A stretch of DNA of 64,000 nt. Source: Squalus acanthias (lineage: Eukaryota). Location of the stretch: NCBI GenBank assembly GCA_030390025.1, contig CM059433.1, positions 11,348,001-11,412,000 of the forward strand. The letters run 5' to 3'. The translations under genes were made by a program, and so were the position numbers. Of the stretch, positions 23,517 to 35,535 are shown piece after piece (position 1 is the first letter of the stretch; each line of letters opens with the position of its first letter). The notes under the pieces were generated by a model. It was not told the DNA's origin. It ran no database searches and worked only from the letters and a program-made list of their open reading frames with translations.

Positions 23517-25368
23517 ATGTTGAAGGATGGTAGCCAAAGGCAGAGGGCTGCACCACGCTTCTCTGACTCATCGCTGCATACTCTGGTGGAGGCTGTCAGA
23601 GCACACAGGGAGGTCCTCTTCCCTGCTGACAGGCAAAGGAGATCTCAAGAAACAAAACGAGCCTGGCTGGATATAGTTGAGGAGGTCAGCAGCAGGGATG
23701 TGGTCAGGAGGACCTGGATACAGTGCAGGAAACGCTTCAATGATCTCATGAGGTCAGGAAAGGTGAGTGCAATGTCTCACTCACCTACATCCTGATGCGC
23801 CTGTCACCACATCCCCATCACTCTGCCTTCCCAAGCCTACTCCTGCAGATCATTCCTCACACCAACCTACCTTCCAGGTCCACCCATCTCTTTCTCTCTA
23901 TGTACATACTCACATCCCCTAACCATCCCTCACACTCACCCTCATCCTAATGCTATCATAGCAAGTAACACCACAGAAGGAGGCCATTTGACATTGGTAC
24001 CCCACTCCCTCATAGTCACCCTCTACAGATGTAACCCATCCATTCCTTACACACTGATACATCACTCTCACTCAAACTTCTCTTCTTTCCCTTCCTGCAG
24101 GAGAACAATAGAGAGAGGGAAACAACGGAGGTGGCCCTCCAGTCTTCTCGCACCTAACAGCAGCAGGAGAGGGGGCTCTGGAGATCTCGGGAGCTCAAGA
24201 GACACTGGCGGTGGGAGACGGAGAGAGGGGGACATCCCAGCAACCTGGTGACAGGATCACATCTCATACAGCCACATGGTATACAGCAATCACCCATATG
24301 GTGACTGATGTCAGCAGCCAGTGAAATGTCATCATGGTAACGTTACACATTCTTATTATAACACTTCTAATTCATCTCTTTACTCTCCCACAGGTCCATC
24401 AACTTCTCCCCGCCACTGTCCAACTGAGGAGGAAGACAGCTCCTCAGAGGAACCTCCAGCCTCTGAGGGTGCAGTGTCAGCAGACTCAAGCGCACCCAGC
24501 ACCAGCACCAGCACAGATACGCACACCTCGATGGGTCCTTTGCACCATAGAGTAGAATTGTCACCTGGTGTCTCACAATTCACAAGTGAGCAAGAGCAGA
24601 TGATGGAGACAGGAACAGCAGTGGAGACTCCTCGCCGGAGGGTGCAGGACGGTCCAAGCTCTGCTCAGCTGCATGCAGACGCTGAGCCTCGGGGGCCATC
24701 CAGAAAGAGGGTGATCTGGAGGGGCAGCAGCAATTGCATGAGGCTCTGGCAGGTTTTGCAGCGGTGATGTCTGCAAATGTGTAGAGAATGAAGAGTCCAT
24801 CTCCAACATGAGCACCACCATGTCGCAAGCAATGGTGACGATGTGCTGTTCCATGGAAAGGATGGCCACCTGCATGGAGCAGCAAATGCGCCACTCACAA
24901 GAGCACATGCTAGCTGTGGACAACAGACGGAAGGCACTCATAGACCTCCTCTCAAGGAGGGATGTAAACGTAGACTTGGGCCTTCATCGCCCCACTGATG
25001 TGCAGTATGGTGCGCGCCAGCTCCTTGCTAGCAGAGAAGTGCGGGTGGCCCATGAGAGGGATGATGGTGAGAGAGGACATGAAAGTGGGGGCTCCTCTCA
25101 AAGCGCTCACACTTCTCCCCCGTTGCCTCCCCCTCAGTCAGAGCCCCACATGATTCCTCGGATCCCGATGGCCGAGTCTGCCCCTGCACAGTTGCTGGAG
25201 GAGCGGACTTTGGCAGTGCCCTCACAGGCTCCAAAATCCAGAGTACGTCCGCCAAAAGTGTCTAACCACTCACAGCAGGGAAGTGAGCAGCCTGTCTCTA
25301 CCTCTGCTGAAGCCACAGGGGTTGCACCTCATAGAAGCACTCGCAAAAGAAAAATGACACAAAAGTAG
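23517..25368 (+). pseudogene. Harbinger Myb/SANT-like DNA-binding protein gene, 3 exons (about 23517-23762, 24101-24247, 24394-25368), frameshifted
   Basis: RAAPRFSDSSLHTLVEAV...WLDIVEEV...RTWIQCRKRFNDL; AG|GTGAGT and polypyrimidine-CAG splice sites conserved in copy B. Confidence 0.85.
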
Positions 25369-25668
25369 ATGCACAAGGTTATGCACATGGGTGTATCAAA
25401 AAATGTTAGTGCTAAGTTTCAGTTATTTTGATAACACACACAAATGTTTTTCTTTGCACCACTTTTGGGTCTTGTCCATTTTTGCCTCAAACCTTGGAAG
25501 TGGCTTTGTCACCTGGAGCGAATGGTGAGACATTATTTAACCTCGAGCATTGGGGCTTTGGGTGAGAGGAATGGCTTGGTCATTGTAGGGCTGCTTTATG
25601 GTGTTGCTGTTGGTGGGGGGGAGGGGGTTGGCACAACTTAGTGCAGTATGTGGCTGCATTGGAGCAAG

Positions 25669-27496
25669 TTAAGTAAATCTGGCCATGATGAGGCCATCCC
25701 AGGCAGCAATGTGCGCCATCTCCATCTCAGGATCCTCCTCCTCCTCATCTTCCACCTGCTCCTCCTCCTCTGAAGAGGCTGTGCGCTCTGCACCTTGCTC
25801 CTCCTGCTGCTCCAATCCTCGCTGCTGCGCTATGTTGTACAGCGCACAGCAAACGACAATGATTCTGGAGACCCTGGCTGGTGCATGCTGAAGGGCTCCT
25901 CCAGATCTGTTGCTTGCCTATTGCTTGCTCTATGACACATCTGGTGGAGATGTGGCTCTCACTATAACACTCCTCAGCCTCATTGCTTGGCTTCCTCAAC
26001 GGTGTCATCAACCACGTCTTCAGTGGATAGCCCTTGTCTTCAAGCAGCCAGCCGGTAAGTCTGTTTGGAGGTGCGAAAAGATGAGGGAGGGTGGACTGGC
26101 CCAGCACGAAAGAGCCATGACAGCTGCCAGGGAATCTGGCGCACACATGCATGATGATCTTTTTATGGTTGTAGGCGAGCTGCACATTGAGGGAGTGGAA
26201 GCCTTTGCGTTCACAAACACTCCTGGGTAATGATGGGGTGCCTTGATGGCCACATGTGTGCAGTCAATGGCGCCCTGCACCCGTGGGAAGTCAGCCAGAG
26301 CCGCAAAGCCGAGCACCCGCTCGGTAACACTGGCCTCATCAGTGGGAAAGTTGATATAATTGGCTGACTTGTGAAACATGGCGTCCGTCACCTGGGTGAT
26401 GCATCTGTGGGCGGCCGACTGCGAGATGCCGCAAATGTCTGCTGCAGATCCCTGGAAGGAGCCTGAGGCGAAGAGGTTGAGGGCGGAGGTGACCTTGACA
26501 GCCACTGATAAGGAGTGTCCAGCAGAACCTCTGGGCTGGAGGTCTTGCTCCAGCAAGCTACATGGGCAGAACTTTCAGAGGTGAGAATGGGTGGGTTGGA
26601 GTCGTGGGGGTGGGGAGGGGGTGGGAAGTGAAAGTTCTACAAATGTAAAACTAGACCCCAATCCGCCTGCAGCCCGCCCACTTTCACCTTTCACTCGGCT
26701 GGGATGGTGGGGGAGGGGGGAACGGGCTGCCAACCCGCTGCCAAGAGACGGGTTGACAATGTAAATATTATAATGAGGCCTGAAGCCTCTACTTTAACCT
26801 GATTTGCAGGCTTTACTGCAGGCGGCCGGGGATCCCGGGGCTCGAGATTCCTGGTGGCTACAATGAGGTGGTTTCAGCCCCGGGGAGCAATCCCTGTGGG
26901 CCAGGAGGTGTAGGAGTGCTTCCTCCCGGCACTCCAAGCTCCCCCACCATCAGCCCGCTCCCCTCTGGATCAGGGATCTGAAACCCCCCCCGCCGGGCTT
27001 GGAACCCCCCGACCCTCCCGCAACCATCCTGGGCCCAGCACTTACCTTGACCTGTGGCCTCCTGGTCCACGTTCCCCGCACAACTGGAAGCCAGCCTGTC
27101 AATCAGGCTGACTTCCAGGCGGGGAACCCACCCTTATCCGTTGCACGCACGCTGTGGAGTTAAAACTTCGGGTTTCCCACCGTCTCTCGGGTCCCGCCGC
27201 ACCATGCGGGTGGGACCCGGGAAAACCCAGCGCCAAATGTCTGTGATGACCTGGTGCGGTAGCCTGAGCCTCCTGGAGCACTGCTGCTCAGTCATGTCCA
27301 GGAAGCTCCTCCTCTGCCTGTATACCCTGTGTTGGGGGTATCGTGTCCGGCGCGCTGCAGCCCTGTGGTGCCCCCCCCTATCTCCTGTGGAGCATCAGGT
27401 CGTTGAGGAGAAAGCTGTTGTTGTGGTTGCTGCTGCTGGTGTAGCTGGTGTTGTTGGTGGTGGGGACCAAGGTGAGACAGTATAAGCGGCACCCAT
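25669..27496 (-). pseudogene. HARBI1-like DDE transposase, disrupted (frameshifts, deletion, MITE insertion)
   Basis: [39 protein letters not shown] motifs. Confidence 0.9.
26564..27233. mobile_element. About 670-bp MITE inserted into the copy A transposase
   Basis: Absent at the matching position in copy B; flanks cat/caa; shares motifs with the 2125 and 46114 elements. Confidence 0.75.
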
Positions 27497-28079
27497 GCTG
27501 ATGTAGTAGATGGCAGGTAAAGTGGCGATCAGAGGGCGATCATAGTGAGGAGCAATATGGTGAGAGTAGCTTCCGAGGTTTCAAAAATGACCTGCAAGCT
27601 GCAGACACCGAAATCTGCGGACAAAATGGAGTGAGCTAGAGCCTTTCCATAAGGTGAGTGATGAGGTGCAATGTTGCAGTACTTATGTGCTTTTCCCAGC
27701 TGTCAATGAATGAACTCGCCAATGGCCACTGAGCTTCCGCCTCCCCTTCACAGGCGAGGCACCCAACCTCCGTGAATCCCGTGCTCCTGCAGTTAAACTC
27801 AAAAGCTGGCGTTAAAATCACTCTTAAGGGTCCATCAACAAGCACTTAATGATTTCAGTGAGGTCACCCGCCTCTGCAGATCGGGTCCATGTCACGCCTT
27901 CAAACCGCCCGAGTTAAACGTGCCAGGCGGCGGGATGACGGTGGGTTCCCGACAAGCTCGCTATTTCCGGGATTTTTACTGCCGACCCACCCCCACACCT
28001 GTACGTTTGGCAATGGGAAAATTCCGGCCTTAGTCAAATAGCTCAACATAAATGATAGAAAATAAAATAATAAAATTAA

Positions 28080-28180
28080 AGTTCTGATGACAGGTCATCG
28101 ACCTGAAATGTTAACTCTGTTTCTCTCTTCACAGATGCTGCCTGACTTGCTGAGTATTTACAGCATTTTCTGTTTTTATA
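28080..28180 (+). mobile_element. Penelope-derived short insert with hammerhead motif
   Basis: AGTT-CTGATGA-C-AGGTC-ATC-GACCT-GAAAT-GTT-AACT; same 3' body as 19932-20028. Confidence 0.7.
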
Positions 28181-28629
28181 CTAAAATTCACCAATAGACT
28201 TTGGAAAATTGGAGTGTTTATATAGTTAGTATGTCTGATATTTCTTGGAAATTGAAGTGTAGCCCTAATGTTTTAGGGAGCCACAAAATGTTCTTTTTAC
28301 TGTTGTCCAATTGTGATAAACTCCAGTTTCTGAATACTGTAATAGGCATCTAACTTTAAATGTAATTAAAAATACCAAATGATTTATTATCAGACTTGGC
28401 TTCTCAAATCACAAGTGAAATTCCTGATGCCAAAGTAACGGCTAATCACAATCAAGCAAGCAGTTTAGTCAAGCAATGACCCATGAATACAGTAACAGAA
28501 TAATTGGATGCTATTGCTAAACAAAGACGCAACTTCAGTGCATGGTTATGTTACAGCGGTATGTATGATAATAGATGCTGCATCTAACAGGAAACTCAGC
28601 AAAACATGGTAACCGTGGGAGAGCTAAAT

Positions 28630-29122
28630 GAACATAAGAACATAAGACGTAGGAGCAGGAGTCGGTCATTTGGCCCCTCGAGCCTGCTCCGCCATTCAAT
28701 AAGATCATGGCTGATCTGATCTTGGGCTCAACTCCACTTTCCTGCCCGCTCCCCATAACCCTTGACTCCCTTATCGTTTAAAAATCTGTCTATCTCCACC
28801 TTAAATATATTCAATGACCCAGCCTCCACAGCTCTCTGGGGAAGAGAATTCCAAAGATTCACGACCCTCTGAGAGAAGTAAATCCTCCTCATTTCCGATT
28901 TAAAAGGGTGCCCCCTTATTCTGAAATTATGCCCCCTAGTTCTAGATTCCCCCACGAGGGGAAACATCCTCTCTGCATCTACCCTGTCAAGCCCCCTCAG
29001 AATCTTATATGTTTCGATAAGATCCTCTCTCATTCTTCTAAACTCCAATGAGTACAGGCCCAACCTGCTCAACCTTTCTTCATAAGACAACCCCTTCATC
29101 TCCGGAATCACCCTCGTGAACC
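28630..29122 (-). mobile_element. CR1 LINE 3' fragment
   Basis: RFTRVIPEMKGLSYEERL...GERAGKWS. Confidence 0.93.
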
Positions 29123-29269
29123 TCAATCACAATGAGTCTGTCATTAAGGGGAAACGTCTTTCTTTTGCATTAGTGGATTGGGTTTTTAACAGTAACTCAG
29201 GAGGATTTGAAAAATTGGGGAACAGCTCTGCTCAGAAGCTGAGGAATGGATTAACCCACGAGAAATGCC

Positions 29270-29642
29270 TTGTTGCTGAGATGAAAGATTTACTCTCCAC
29301 TGAGTCAGAAGGTTCAAGTCCCCCTCCAGAGATTTGAGCACATAATCTAGGCTAACACTTCAGTGCAGTACTGAGGGACTGCTGCACTGTCGGACGTGCC
29401 GTCTTTTGGATGAGAGTTCTCCCAGGGGTCCTGGCCATCATTGATTGATCCCTCAACCAAAACCTAAAACAGATTATCTGGTCATTTAGCTCATCGCTGT
29501 TTGTGGGACCTTGCTGTGTGCAAATTGGCTGCCGCATTTCCTACGCTACAACAGTAACTACACTTAATTGGCTTTAAAGCACCTTGGATCATCCTGTGGT
29601 CATGAAATGTGTTATATAAAGGCAAGTTCTTTCTGTCTTTCT
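29270..29642 (+). mobile_element. Deu-SINE, degenerate
   Basis: gagtcagaaggttcaagtccc head and Deu core. Confidence 0.75.
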
Positions 29643-30301
29643 TTATTAGAGTTGGATAACATTAGATGCAAATTGTTTAGGTTCTTCCCACTTCAAATAT
29701 AAAGGATTCCCAAACTTTTGTCGGAATAAACTGTCCAAAAGTGCTTTGAGTGATTAAGGAAGCTGCCCAATGTTAATTCTGTTTCTTAAAATGTCTGGGG
29801 AAATTGTCAAAAATCAGAAATTATTTTTCCTTTCTGTTGTAACAAGCAAATCATTATTACTGTGATGCGTGACCAAAAAAAACCAGATTTCTAAAATTAC
29901 CAATTTATTCTTATCGATTAGAATCAAAAGCCATTAACTGTGAGGAAAATTACTTATCAGGGATTTCAAAGCTCATAGATTTGGCTACTGGCGCTAGTTT
30001 TGAGGAAAATTCACGGAGAGTAGATAAAAATAAATAAAGTTTTCGGGAGGGAGGGGCAGTACATGTAACAGTTGTTTAATTACTTGCAATTCCACATTTC
30101 CACTCAGTGTTAATGACCGGCAGTAATGCTTACCATCAGAGTCGTTAAGAGCCAATTGAGCTCGTAACGAGGTGGCAAAACCCAACCAATTAATGTTCAG
30201 TTACAGTTTTCAATCATTAAATTCCAATGTTAAATATGGACAAGCTGAAGTTGGCCTTAATAATACCAGAGCACCATAAGGGAGGTGTTGCAAGTGCATG
30301 A

Positions 30302-30470
30302 TAGACAGATTTTTGAACGATAAGGGAGTCAAGGGTTATGGGGAGCAGGCAGGGAAGTGGAGTTGAGGCCAAGATCAGATCAGCCATGATCTTATTGAAT
30401 GGCGGAGCAGGCTCGAGGGGCCGAATGACCTACTCCTGCTCCTACGTCTTCTGTTCTTATGTTCTATTAT
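30302..30470 (+). mobile_element. CR1 3' tail
   Basis: gacagatttttgaacgataaggg...ttcttatgttct. Confidence 0.85.
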
Positions 30471-30850
30471 GTGCAGATTGCTCATGTGACAGGAGTTGCA
30501 CACCAGCAGGATGATTTACCCAACAGGAAAAGATAAAGAACCAAATTAATCGCAGGCGATATAGGCAAATGGAAACGGCTTAGATTCTTCACCAAGTACA
30601 ACTGAGGAACTAAATTAGAAAATTAGGAGTAAGAAAGGAAGGCACGCCAGCTTTTTCATCCAAAGGGTAATAGGCTTCTGGAATGAGGGAAAGTCATTTA
30701 AATAAACACTATAAATGGCTTAAAGAGGCAGCTAGATGTGTCTCTGGAGAGAAAAGAGCTGAAGGGATATGATATGGAGCCAGGCAAGTAGGTTTGAGAA
30801 AGGATGAACTTGTTGAGCCTAATGGCATTTTCCTGTTCCTTAAAATCCTA

Positions 30851-31743
30851 GGGGTAGAAATTAGGTCGCGCCCCATTTGGGGCGCAAATATCGTCTGGAC
30901 GCAAATATTAGCGCCTGGCGCTAATTATCGGCACTGACTGGAAACTTCACTTTTACCGCCCCGGGAGGTGAGTGGAGCGCTAAAGCAGGCGCTGCACACC
31001 TGTCTTAAGGCGCAAAGGCCGAGCAGTGAGGCGCTAACTCAGAGCGCTGGCGAAGCTCATGTAATGTCAGTCAGCAATGGAACACACACACAATGGCACG
31101 GGCCAGTTCTTAAAGGGGATGGTTAATCTTGCTTTCCATCCACATCCTGTTCATTGCAGCCTTGAATCTCGGCCTGGAGAGACTTGCACATCAAATGTGC
31201 TGGAAAGAACAATGGAGAGTACCAGGCAAAGAGCTCAGAGTGCAGCTCCCACAGTCTCTGCTAAATCGATACAAGGAATGGTAAATCAAAATGGACCTGC
31301 AAAGTGCTGCTCAGTACCCAAAACTCCTTCACACAACGTTGAATCTCTCCAGAAGTCTCTCCCTCTCTCTCTCAGAATGCGTAGTTCAAAAATGCCACCA
31401 ACAATAAAAGACAGGAAGAGGCCCCCTTTAAATAGCGCCCCCCCCAGCCCCACAGCGATTGATAGCGTTCCAGTCTTCTGGTCGTTGGAAGCGCCAGGCG
31501 GTAAGGCAGGGGGCGCCACTCAATTTCCGCTCCGGGGCGCCACAAGGGCGTTGCACCATGGAATGACGTCACAATCTGCGCGCGCAGGTGGTCGCAGCGG
31601 TAAGTTTTAGCGCCGCCGCACAATGTCAAGTTAAGTTCCCGAGCGGCGGAAACATCGCTGCGCCCGGGCGTTAGCGGCTTTGCGCCCCATTAGCGCCCTC
31701 TTAAGGCGCTAACGGGAGGCGCAACCAACTGAATTTTTACCCC
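30851..31743. mobile_element. Harbinger-type MITE with CTA TSD
   Basis: CTA|GGGGTAGAAATT ... AATTTTTACCCC|CTA; GC-rich subterminal gcgcc/ggcgct repeats. Confidence 0.8.
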
Positions 31744-31757
31744 CTAATGTTTTAATA

Positions 31758-32207
31758 GAAGAAAGACTTGCATTTATATAGCGCCTTTCACGACCTCAAG
31801 ACGTCCCAAAGCACTTTACAGGCAATTAAATACTTTTGAAGTGTGGTCACTGCTGTAATGTAGGAAATGCGGCAGCCAATTTGCACACACAAGCTCCCAC
31901 AAACAGCAATGTGATAATGACCAGAAAATCATTTTTTGTGATGTTGATTGAGGGATAAATATTGGCCAGGTCACCGGGGAGAACAGCCCCTGCTCTTCTT
32001 CAAAATAGTGCCATGAGATCTTTTACATACACCTGAGAGAGCAGACGGGGCCTCGGTTTAATGTCTCATCCAAAAGACGGCACCTCCGACAGTGCAGCGC
32101 TCCCTCAGCACTGCACTGGGAGTGTCAGCCTAGACTTTTGTGGTCAAGTCTTAGGGAATGGGACTTGAACCCACAACCTTCTGACTCAGAGGCGAGCGTG
32201 CTACCAA
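31758..32207 (-). mobile_element. Deu-SINE, near full length
   Basis: Tail, Deu core and tRNA-like head all present; head truncated at the Tx1 junction. Confidence 0.88.
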
Positions 32208-33520
32208 CTTTTAAAAAAAAATGATATTATTTATTGAACATTAAGAATATTTACAACATCCTGATCATTGCATTGTATCATTCAAATCCATTCCGCCGCT
32301 CTGCACAGCCATTCCTCCACCACATATTAACATCAAAACCTGAAGTTTAATTTGTCTCCCATAACATATATTAATCGATTGTACTTTAAAAATTGATCGT
32401 AAAATACTACCTTTAAATTCCTTTCTGAATAAAACATCCACAGAGCCTTATAATGATCTTTTAGTTTATATTTAAAATACACTTTTAGATTGATTCTCCT
32501 CCCCTTAAAAAACAGAGCATTCCTTCTTTGCACAATCACGAATCTAGCCAAGCTGAACATTAAATTAATTGCCGCTCTGCTAGACTCGGGCAGACTCTCC
32601 TGCAATCCCCATCTTAAAATTGAGTCCCACGGCATTCCCATTCTCGCTCTTCGGTCCCCACCCAGCAAAAAAACCTCACACAACTGTCCAACATAGTACT
32701 TAAAATCATTTAACTGCGGACATAACACCAGTAAATGGGACAGAGTCTCATCCCGTGTCCCACACACTGGGCAAGTTACCCCTTCCACTTGTCCAATCTT
32801 ACATAAGACCATCATGGTAAAAATCCGGTTATGAGCCAAATTGAAATCCAGTTCAATCCACTCTGGACATTTAAAATTCGGCCACACTCCCTTCCAAATC
32901 CTGTTGAAGTCCAGCTATGGGTAGATACTCTGCCAAAACTCCTGACCAGCAGGTGTCTTGAATCTCCATTTTCTAAATACCTCATAGAAATCTCGAGTAT
33001 TACAGTTGTCAAATTGGACCAACTCTTCCCCTTTCTCCAGCAGAAAGCTTGGAAAAGCGGGACGCATTTTACTTCCTTTGGAGATTTCCGCATTTATTTC
33101 TTCCATCCAATCCTGTGGCATTGCCCTCACAATCTTCTCATACATGATCCCTATTGCTTTTTCCTCTACCTCCTGATCCTCCTCCCATACCATGTCCCTC
33201 ACTATCGCTTCCAGCAACCAACCTGGAATTACCTCATATAATACATCTTTCACACATATAATACCAGCTTTTATAAAAGCTTGATTAAATAATACCTCTC
33301 CTTCAATGTTGACCCACCTGTTCAAAAATAAGGGCTGTTTTAAAAACTCCTCAGCACCCTTGGGCATAAACTGCACACTTTTTAAAAATTGGGCCCAAGT
33401 TTCTACAACCCCCTTATAAAACCTAGAGAGAGGTTTAATCAATTTCAAAAACATATTATTGTATTCCCTATACAATATCCCCTGCCCTCCTATCCCACTT
33501 CATTTTTTAAAAAGAATGAA
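32208..33520 (-). mobile_element. L1/Tx1-clade LINE 3' fragment
   Basis: EFLKQPLFLN, AGIICVKD, zinc knuckle CPVCGTRDETLSHLLVLCP, AATAAA and A-rich end near 32210-32237. Confidence 0.8.
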
Positions 33521-34024
33521 GAAATTAGTGGTAATTATTACAGTTTAGAACGGCTTCTATCTAGCCTACAGCTTGTATCAACTATCGAGTAATATCTAAT
33601 TTTGAGAACTTTAAATGGTTAGTTCAGCGTATAGTTGGCTGCAGGTGACTTATTTAAATTGGAAAGCTCTGGTAGCAATGCTCTGTGAACGTTTAACAGA
33701 TTAATATTTGTAAATCTGAGAATTCTAATTTAATTAAGGCCGGAATTCTCCCGTTGCCGTGGGTGCGGGTTGGGAGGCGGGTCAGCTGTTAAAATTGCTG
33801 AAATCGGCAGCGCATCGGGAGCCCGCCGTCGGCCCGCCTCCTCGCACCTTCAACTCGGGCACGTTTCCCAGCTCGCCACGGACCCGATCGGCAGAGGCGA
33901 GCGAACTAATTCAACTCATTAAATGCTTGTTATCAGACCCTGAAGAGGGTTTTTAACGGCAGCTTCTGAATTTAACGGCCTGAGCACGGGAAGCACGCAG
34001 CTCGGGAACCTCGCCTGCGAAAGG

Positions 34025-35279
34025 ATGTTCCTGCCATGGAGGGAAGTGCAGCGAAGATTCGCCAGGCTGATACCTGGGATGGCAGGAATGACGTATGAGG
34101 AGAGATTGGGTCGATTGGGCTTATATTCGCTAGAGTTTAGAAGAATGAGAGGGGATCTCATTGAAACTTGTAAAATTCTAACAGGACTAGACAGACTAGA
34201 TGCAGGAAGGATGTTCCCGATGGTCGGAGAGTCCAGAACCAGGGGTCACAGTCTAAGGATAAGGGGTAAGCCATTTAGGACTGAGATGAGGAGGAATTTC
34301 TTCACCCAGAGAGTGGTGAACCTGTGGAATTCTCCACCACAGAAGGCAGTTGAGGCCAAGTCATTGGCCCAAAAATTAGTCTCAGTACGCGAGAGTACGC
34401 ACTGTGTACTCTCGCGTATTCTGTCTCCAATTGCCGGTTTTCTGCATGCACTGCGCATGCGCTGAAAACCGGCACTTGGTGATTTCAAAAGGGGGCGGTT
34501 CCTAAGTGAACCGCGTGCGCGCTACAGGCTGCGCGCACGCAGTGCACTTAGTGCTTTGAACGCGCAGGAAGATTTTGCACATAAAGAAAGGAGGCGTAAG
34601 ACCCTCTTTTAACAAGGTAAGTAGTTAATTAAGTATTATTTTGAATTTTTTTCAACAGGTATATCTTTTTTAGAGACTTTAAAGAAAAGTAAGTTTATTT
34701 TTATAACTTTTTAAAAGATTTTAAATTTTTTCAAAAATTTAATTTTTTGTTTAAAGTGGTTAATTTATTTAACGATACTTATTTTATTAATGTGATGGTT
34801 TTTAAAAAGAATTTAATTGAGGTTTAGCTGTTCTTTTGGGGGGGTATAGATTCATAGCTTTCACAGCCCTTGCTCTGAAAACTATGAATGAAAGATGGTG
34901 TGCTGCCATTGGCTGTAACTGAATCACGTGATCCCACAGCTCGCACGAATTAACTGCGTCTGTGGGATACGGAAGCACTGCACAGCTGCTGTCTAGAAAC
35001 TCAAGTTCGTGGGAGCTCAGAATGAAAAGGCAGGCGCGCAGTGAGATATCGCGGGGAAGCCTTACCCCCGCACGAAGGCTCCGTCTTTAATTTCTGGGCC
35101 ATTAAATATATTCAAGAAGGAGTTAGATATATTTCTTAAGGCTAAAGGGACCAAGGGATATGGGGAGAAAGCAGGTACAGGGTACTGAGTTTGGATGATC
35201 AGCCATGATCGCATTGAATGGCGGAGCAGGCTCGAGGGGCCGAATGGCCTACTCCTGCTCCTATCGTCTATGTTTCTAT
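34025..35279 (+). mobile_element. CR1 3' fragment nested in Harbinger B
   Basis: EVQRRFARLIPGM...VEAKSL resumes as NIFKKELD at about 35105; tatgtttctat tail. Confidence 0.9.
34366..35100. mobile_element. 735-bp MITE with ATT TSD nested in the CR1
   Basis: ATT|GGCCCAAAAATTA ... TAATTTCTGGGCC|ATT; excision restores the CR1 sequence gtcattaaatata. Confidence 0.85.
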
Positions 35280-35535
35280 GGAAGCTGAGTGGCCATTGTG
35301 CGAGTCCATTGATTGACAGCTGGGAATACCAGATAAATACACACACCTTACACATCATTAGTTGCCTAAGGAAAGGCTGATGCTGACTCCATTTTTTGCA
35401 CAGATTTAGGTTTCAGGAGTTTGCAGGTCATTTCTGCAACCTTGGAAGCCACTCTCGGCACATTGCTAGTCAGTATTAGAACATTAATGGATTGGCCCTC
35501 TGATCGCTATTTGACCTGCCATCTATGACATCAGC

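Larger units (their letters stand above)
23234..28029. mobile_element. PIF/Harbinger DNA transposon, copy A
   Basis: TIR GGCCGGAATTTT / AAAATTCCGGCC, flanks TCA and TTA. Contains convergent Myb/SANT and DDE transposase genes. Confidence 0.92.

Noticed and set aside
30851..31743. CpG-island promoter or 177-aa gene
   Set aside because: The CpG-rich sequence is bounded by TIRs and a CTA TSD and has a relative at 53047-53504, so it is a MITE.
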